DNA of 64,000 bases from Tubulanus polymorphus (lineage: Eukaryota > Animalia > Nemertea). The translations under genes and the position numbers were made by a program. Below, in pieces: positions 58,267-64,000 of the stretch. Position 1 is the stretch's first letter. Every line of letters begins with the position of its first letter. Location: NCBI RefSeq assembly GCF_964204645.1, contig NC_134033.1:6100231-6164230 (forward strand). Direction: 5' to 3'. A model generated the notes under the pieces. It saw only the letters and a list, made by a program, of their open reading frames with translations. It had not been told where the DNA came from and made no database searches.

Positions 58267-59968
58267 TATGCCCTTTTTATTGGTCGGCATGGTCACAACA
58301 TACCCCTGGACGTATCGGCCCCACTCCGCGCGGTTGCGCCACCGCGCGGGATTTACGCGAAGCAACAGAACACAAACATGGCCACTCTCTCAATTTTCAA
58401 TGATAGAAATCGTGTGTGCATTTCAATTATTTCGGCTGTTAGGGTTTTAAGGCACAATATAAGTTGATGATGTGATATGGCGATGTTAATTAATCATAAT
58501 TCCGCAGTGAAGCTAGTCACGAACGATGCCGATTGAGTGTACAGCTGCCAAAAACACTGAAATGTGCGTAGTTGCGTAACTATTTGCAGTGAATTGCAGA
58601 CGAAACATGAAGCCTAAACGGCCGTTTAAAAAAAAATTATACCAATCGCAATTGTAAAGTAAAAATGAGATAGAACCTAAGTTAAAATTCTGGCCATTTC
58701 TAAAATGTTATTACTAATTTTAAGTCAGTGCGCAACGTTTAGTTTTCCAACAATAATGAGGGGTGGTAGGTAGTCATGCAATTCAAGTCATCATTTATGT
58801 TACTTCCGTGTTGTCGAAAATCTCGCGAGTCCTGGACCAAACCCCATTGAACAATGTGATCTGTGTGATCACACTACACTACCCATTACACACTCCAGTA
58901 CCCACAGCTTTCATATATCCATCCAAATATTTAGAGTGTCTTTCTTCCTGGATCCGCCCCTGAATCAGGTCGTCATCACACAAATGAAACGATTTTCAAT
59001 TACGCGAGGTTGACTGTATTTTTGCGGCTTCCTTGGAACCAGAAAGACCATTGTGTCCGTACCGGTTTTCCTGAAGTTATTGGTAAGAAAATGACAATAG
59101 ACCTATCCAAAATGAACTGATCTTAAGTAAAAATTAGTCAACTGTATCTAATGCTGCTTTATATGTTTTCTATGGAAGTGTACATGTGATGTCATAGTTA
59201 GTTGGTTCACCTGTCAGTGTTAGACACTTGCCTTAACCTAATATCAAAAGATAGAATGGTTATTTACAAATTTTGGGACTTTTCATGGCCATCTTCAATG
59301 TTGTATCACTTCAATCACTTCGTGACAAAGAAGCACGTGGCTGCGCGACATCTATAGAATATTGTAGCATGTATATATGTTATAATGAATATTTATGGAT
59401 GTTTGGGATATGATATATAAAACATACATTGAATAAAACTATATTTTTATAAGATATGTTCATAAAACACGATGTTCTGGTGTTTCATTCTTGTGGATAT
59501 CTCTGTATGATTCTTGCTAGCTTAGCTGGGGGATTCAGGCGAAAGAAATTGGCTCAACTACAGAACAGGTAAAAGTAGATCTGCGCAGAATCTAATCACA
59601 TCGGACTGGTATTTGAAATTAATCCGCCTGGACTATATTCGACTAATTCTAACCGTCGACCGATTTTACTCGTCGACAATGTCTACAATCCTAAATGTCG
59701 ACCGATTCTACTCGTCGACAATGTTTGCAACCCTAATTGTTGACCAATTGTACTGGTCGACAATGTGCTATTGTGCTCCTCTTCATGTAAATATGAACGG
59801 AAGTGCTTTTCTAACGATCGTAAGAATAGCGTACGATCGCAATACGATCGCGTGCTCCTGTGCTATTGTGCTCCTCTTCATGTAACTATGAACGGTAGTA
59901 CTTTTCTAACGTCTTCAGATGATGCTATTGTTGTAGTCGATTTAATGTGTTTTGTATATATGTGTTGA

Positions 59969-60340
59969 AACCTAAACCTCTTTGAAAACCTATGAAATAA
60001 ACCCCTTAAAACCTAACCCTCTAAACCCTTACCATATAAACCCTAACCTTAAAACCTTAACACTCTAAACCCTTACCCTCTAAACCCTAACCCCCTAAAC
60101 CCTAACCCCCTAAACCCTAACTCAATAGACACTTAACTCTCTAAACCCTAATTCTCTAAACCCTAATCCTCTAAACCCTAACCCCCTAAACCCTAACCCT
60201 CTAAACCCTAACTCAATAGGCACTTAACTCTCTAAACCCTAACCCCCTAAACACTAACCCCCTAATATAAATCCTATAGGCCTAAACCCTAACCTTATAA
60301 CCCTATACCTAAACCCTAACCTTATAACCTTATACCCTGA
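59969..60340. repeat. Telomere-like degenerate CTAAACCCTAACCC tract
   Basis: Repeated ctaaaccctaacccc. Confidence 0.9.
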
Positions 60341-60565
60341 CACTTGCTATTCTATGCTATCGTAAGGTTTTGTAGAATAGTAAGAATAGCAAGAAAAGCA
60401 TGCTATTCTTTTTCCTTTTAGGATAGTAGAATAGCAAGAATAGCATAGAATAGCGAAGACGTTTGCTATTCTTTGCTATCGTAAGGTTTTGTAGAATAGC
60501 AAGAATAGCAATAAATACTGCGATTCAGTGCTCCTCTTGCTATTCAGAAATATCAAACCATTATG

Positions 60566-61025
60566 GCCCGCGTGTGTGTGTAGATTACCCTTATGTAAAG
60601 TGGCTGGGATCGAGGGGCTGCGTGTGTGCGTAGATTACCCTTATGTAAAGTGGCTGGGATCGAGGGCCCGCGTGTGTGCGTGGATTACCCTTATATAAAG
60701 TGGCTGGGATCGAGGGCTGTGTGTGTGCGTGGATTACCCTTATATAAAGTGGCTGGGATCGAGGGGCTGCGTGTGTGCGTGGATTACCCTTATATAGAGT
60801 GGCTGGGATCGAGGGGCTGTGTGTGTGTGCGTGGATTACCCTTATATGGAGTGGCTGTGATCGATGGGCCGCGTGTGTGCGTGGATTACCCTTAGATAGA
60901 GTGGCTGGGATCGAGGGGCCGCGTGTGTGCGTGGATTACCCTTATACGGAGTGGTTGGGATCGAGGGGCTGCGTGTGTGCGTGGATTACCCTTATATAAA
61001 GTGACTTGGATCGAGGGGCTGCGTG
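60566..61025. repeat. ~50-bp minisatellite, about 9 copies
   Basis: gcgtgtgtgcgtggattacccttatataaagtggctgggatcgaggggct. Confidence 0.95.
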
Positions 61026-61208
61026 CTTCCATCGGTTGATTTTCACAATCAGGATTGTAGACATTGTCGACGAATAGAATCGGTCGACAATCGGGGTTGT
61101 AGACATTGTCGGCGAGTAGAATCGGTCGACAATCGGGAACCGAACCACTCACTTCATTAAAGAAAACCCTCCACGACGGAACTATATTGACCTATTCTGG
61201 AGTTGAAC

Positions 61209-61780
61209 CAGGTAAAAGTAAATCTGCGGGTCCAATATTTATAATGAGAAAAGTATTCATACGCGCAGATCGATAGGAGGCACGTGAAGTAATTTTCAGA
61301 AGTCGACAATTGGCAATCGGTATACGGGCGGGTCTAGGATTTTAAAAGCGGGTCGTCTTTAATGGTTGATCAGGGTTAACGGACAGGTGTGCCCGATTCT
61401 TTATATCCTTTCCCCAGCTTCACAGCGATTTTTCGTTGTTCGCTTACACTATGATTTTTAGAACTTAAGTGGTAAAACAGCTAATTGAAAAGTGCAAAAT
61501 TTTGATACTTTTTCAGTTGTTCAAGGTTGAATTTGACTTGAATTGAAAATATTCTGTTCGCAATTATGGGATGGGATTCTTAAGGGGACAGTTAAGATTT
61601 TAGGGGGATTCCGCCAATCGTTTTGCATGATTGCATGATGAGAAATGGTCGACTATCAGGTTTCCGATTGCCAATTGTCGACTTCTGAAAATTACTTCAC
61701 GTGCCTCCGATCCTATCGATCTGCGCGTATGAATACTTTTCTCATTATAAATGTTGGACCCGCAGATCTACTTTTACCTG
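61209..61780. mobile_element. MITE with ~110-bp near-perfect TIRs
   Basis: caggtaaaagta.atctgcgggtccaa...gcaatcgg mirrored at 61664-61780. Confidence 0.85.
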
Positions 61781-62367
61781 TAAATTAATTGCAGAAAAAT
61801 CTACGCAGAAACTGATTTTATATCAAAGTCGATATTAGTGGTACTTCATGCATCTGAATAATCGATGAAGTATTTTTTTGACTCTCGACGGTCGGAAGTA
61901 TTTTGGACACAAATGAGGGTATTCCGGGTTGAGTGGATAGGCTATATTATAAACAACTGCAACAACCCACGTTTTTCGTCCCGTGTGCGTTGAACGTTTT
62001 ATCGTTTGCGGGCAAAACGTTTTACGTGATCGATTTTGAAGTAACGCTCCAGGGGTTCCGGAATCTCGTATAAGAGTGATCGAATCGGCTGCTCTCAAAT
62101 CTAATTCCCCGATGATGAAATTACCCACACAGCTAGGCTTCATAAACTACTGCGAACGAATCGTCCATGTCCGCAGTATCGGAATGATAACGATGATCGG
62201 AAATGAATAAAAATCGACCAGCCAATACAACGATGTTCATCTGCGACAAAACACAATTGCACACTATCTCCTCCTATAAACCGGTCTTATGTTCCCGAAA
62301 AAAATCAGCAATCCTATAGCCCCGCTTTTCAGGAATTAATGCATTCGTTTTAGAGATTAACAGGACA

Positions 62368-62651
62368 TTTTTAGCTCACTTCATCTGTTTTGCAGATGCT
62401 CATGACACGTTCTATGATTGTGGCGAGTTTCGAGGTCATCGGGTTGTAAATGTTCACCAGGAGGCGTTGAAGCAAACGGTATTTCCATACATGTATCTTA
62501 GTTCCTACGTATGACACAATCAAATGCAATATTCTAGCTCGTGATATTTTCTATGGTTGTGGCAAGTCATTGATTACTAAATGTCAATGAAATTGTCAGA
62601 ATGTCAAACATTTCACCAACGTTGGCATGGTCCTTGGTCCCTTTATTGTTT
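62368..62651 (+). mobile_element. Short relative of the Helentron-like family
   Basis: Starts tttttagctcac; shares gttctatgattgtgg..ggcgttgaa units; ends ggtccttggtccctttattgtt. Confidence 0.5.
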
Positions 62652-63515
62652 AACTAGTCTCATGAGATCTATCATTCTAGTGGAAGATTCGACCTGATAA
62701 CATAATTTTTGATGCAAATGAGGGTGCCACTGTTCAACCGTTACAAGGAAATGTTGTGCGCCCTTGGGACTAGTTTCTGAACAGCACCCAGCCCAGTTAT
62801 GATGTAGACCACTTTTAAAACCTTAAGTCTGGTCTAAAAGAGTCTTGTCTAAAGTCTATGACAGATATGATCTAAGCTCTAAGACGGTCTCAGACTGGTC
62901 TAAATCAAAGCCGTGTCTATGCAACTGACCCTTGAATTGAAATGACATAAAAAACCACATGTAACAAACTCCGGACAAAATATATTTTGGAAAAGTATAA
63001 GAATGTGCTTCTTCATTTATTATTGCCTTAATATCATTCGGAACCAACAAATAATTCTCAACTTACAAACATGTAAGAACAATCATATGTTCAATTACAT
63101 ACATGTGTCTGTGTACATGTGAACCCAAAATGCAAATGACTTTTCTAAAAAACAAAAACTCAACAATTTTCCAAGCATTTTTCAACGATACATACATGAA
63201 AAATCACGCTATTCTTGAAAAAATGTTCTGCATTTATCGGGACGTACACCTTTTAGCACAGAAATTGAACACCATTATCATTGACATTTCCTTCTCTTGC
63301 ACATTTCCTAACACAGCACTCGAGTATTAACTTGAATATGATTTATATCATGCTTATATGATTTATATCATGCTTTCTATCAAATCGGAGAACTGTGAGA
63401 AATGCCTGCAGATAAATTACTGAGTATTCATTAATAATATAACATAGAATAGTCCACTATTCTCAGATTCTTACTCTGTGCTTGACAAGATCATTGACAC
63501 CAAATAGTAGGCCTA

Positions 63516-63694
63516 CAGTAGACTGCCCAAGTCTGATCCGATCAACTCGGATATCCGTTCAAAATGATTTTTTTTCGAAATATAAATAATAGTTTTGTAA
63601 CAATATTTAAGATTACATAACTTTCAACTCGGATATCACTCAAGTCGGATACATTTTACAGTCTCAAACGATCCGACTTGAGCAGAGTCTACTG
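63516..63694. mobile_element. Tigger/pogo-type MITE (CAGTAGACT TIR)
   Basis: ta|cagtagactg..caagtc / gacttgagcagagtctactg; relatives at 13565 and 34747. Confidence 0.7.
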
Positions 63695-63727
63695 TCCACT
63701 GAAAAGACCATTTTTGCGCAGTCAATA

Positions 63728-63984
63728 CAGTGGAACCTCGTTATGATGACCTTCGGGGATTAGAAAATCGGTCGGTTATATTATCCAGTATGAAATTAGT
63801 AAAATTAGTTATAGTTGGGATGAAAATCTAGGTTTGTAATATATGAATATGTTATATTTGTATGAAAGGTTGTATCTTGTTAGCCTTTTATAGGCTGGCT
63901 TTATTTGCAAAGATGACACTTTAATAAACTATATATATAACGACAAAATCGTTATATCCAAGATCATATAGCGAGGCTTCACTG
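63728..63984. mobile_element. Tigger/pogo-type MITE (CAGTGGAACCTCG TIR)
   Basis: ta|cagtggaacctcg ... cgaggcttcactg|ta; relatives at 14833 and 33066. Confidence 0.75.
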
Positions 63985-64000
63985 TAGAAAAAACAAAAAG

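Larger units (their letters stand above)
55057..58962. mobile_element. hAT-like non-autonomous element (CAGGGGCGGAT TIRs) hosting the pogo insertion
   Basis: caggggcggattta at 55057 and cctggatccgcccctg ending 58962; AATCA on both flanks. Confidence 0.6.
59551..61209. mobile_element. Composite foldback-type element with inverted GTCGAC arrays, CCCTAA-like tract and minisatellite
   Basis: Ends ggctcaactacagaacaggt / acctattctggagttgaacc are inverted; gtcgaccgattctactcgtcgacaatg arrays at 59655-59765 are inverted at 61050-61135. Confidence 0.6.

Noticed and set aside
59969-60340. True telomere
   Set aside because: Degenerate, interstitial and enclosed by inverted arrays of a mobile element.
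60566-61025. CRISPR-like array and short repetitive ORFs
   Set aside because: Head-to-tail minisatellite without spacers; the ORFs are artefacts of the repeat.

Overview
Eukaryotic (animal, probably invertebrate) genomic DNA: AT-rich, repeat-dense, with GT-AG spliced genes. No prokaryote-style features (CRISPR, operons, rRNA) are visible. I reconstructed four protein-coding genes by hand, with consistent splice phases. (1) The 3' part of an HLTF/Rad5-like SNF2 helicase-RING gene (+, 6 exons, 2025-13212; its 5' end is probably upstream of the window) with a greatly enlarged repetitive, SIM-like insertion ahead of helicase motif Ia. (2) PDCD10/CCM3 (-, 7 coding exons, 34991-16996, 209 aa). (3) An intronless class A GPCR (-, 27753-26791) nested in the 12-kb PDCD10 intron on the same strand. 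(4) GPR180 (+, 9 exons, 38475-47652, 444 aa), head-to-head with PDCD10. The rest is mobile DNA and repeats: a decayed pogo-like transposon with a C-terminal PHD finger nested in a hAT-like element, a foldback element with a 9-bp TSD, a BEL/Pao LTR remnant, L2 and other LINE fragments, piggyBac-, Tc1/pogo-, Harbinger- and hAT-type MITEs, Helentron-like interspersed elements, tRNA-derived SINEs, several minisatellites, and two Penelope-type minimal hammerhead ribozyme motifs. Gene names come from recalled similarity to known proteins; no database search was run.
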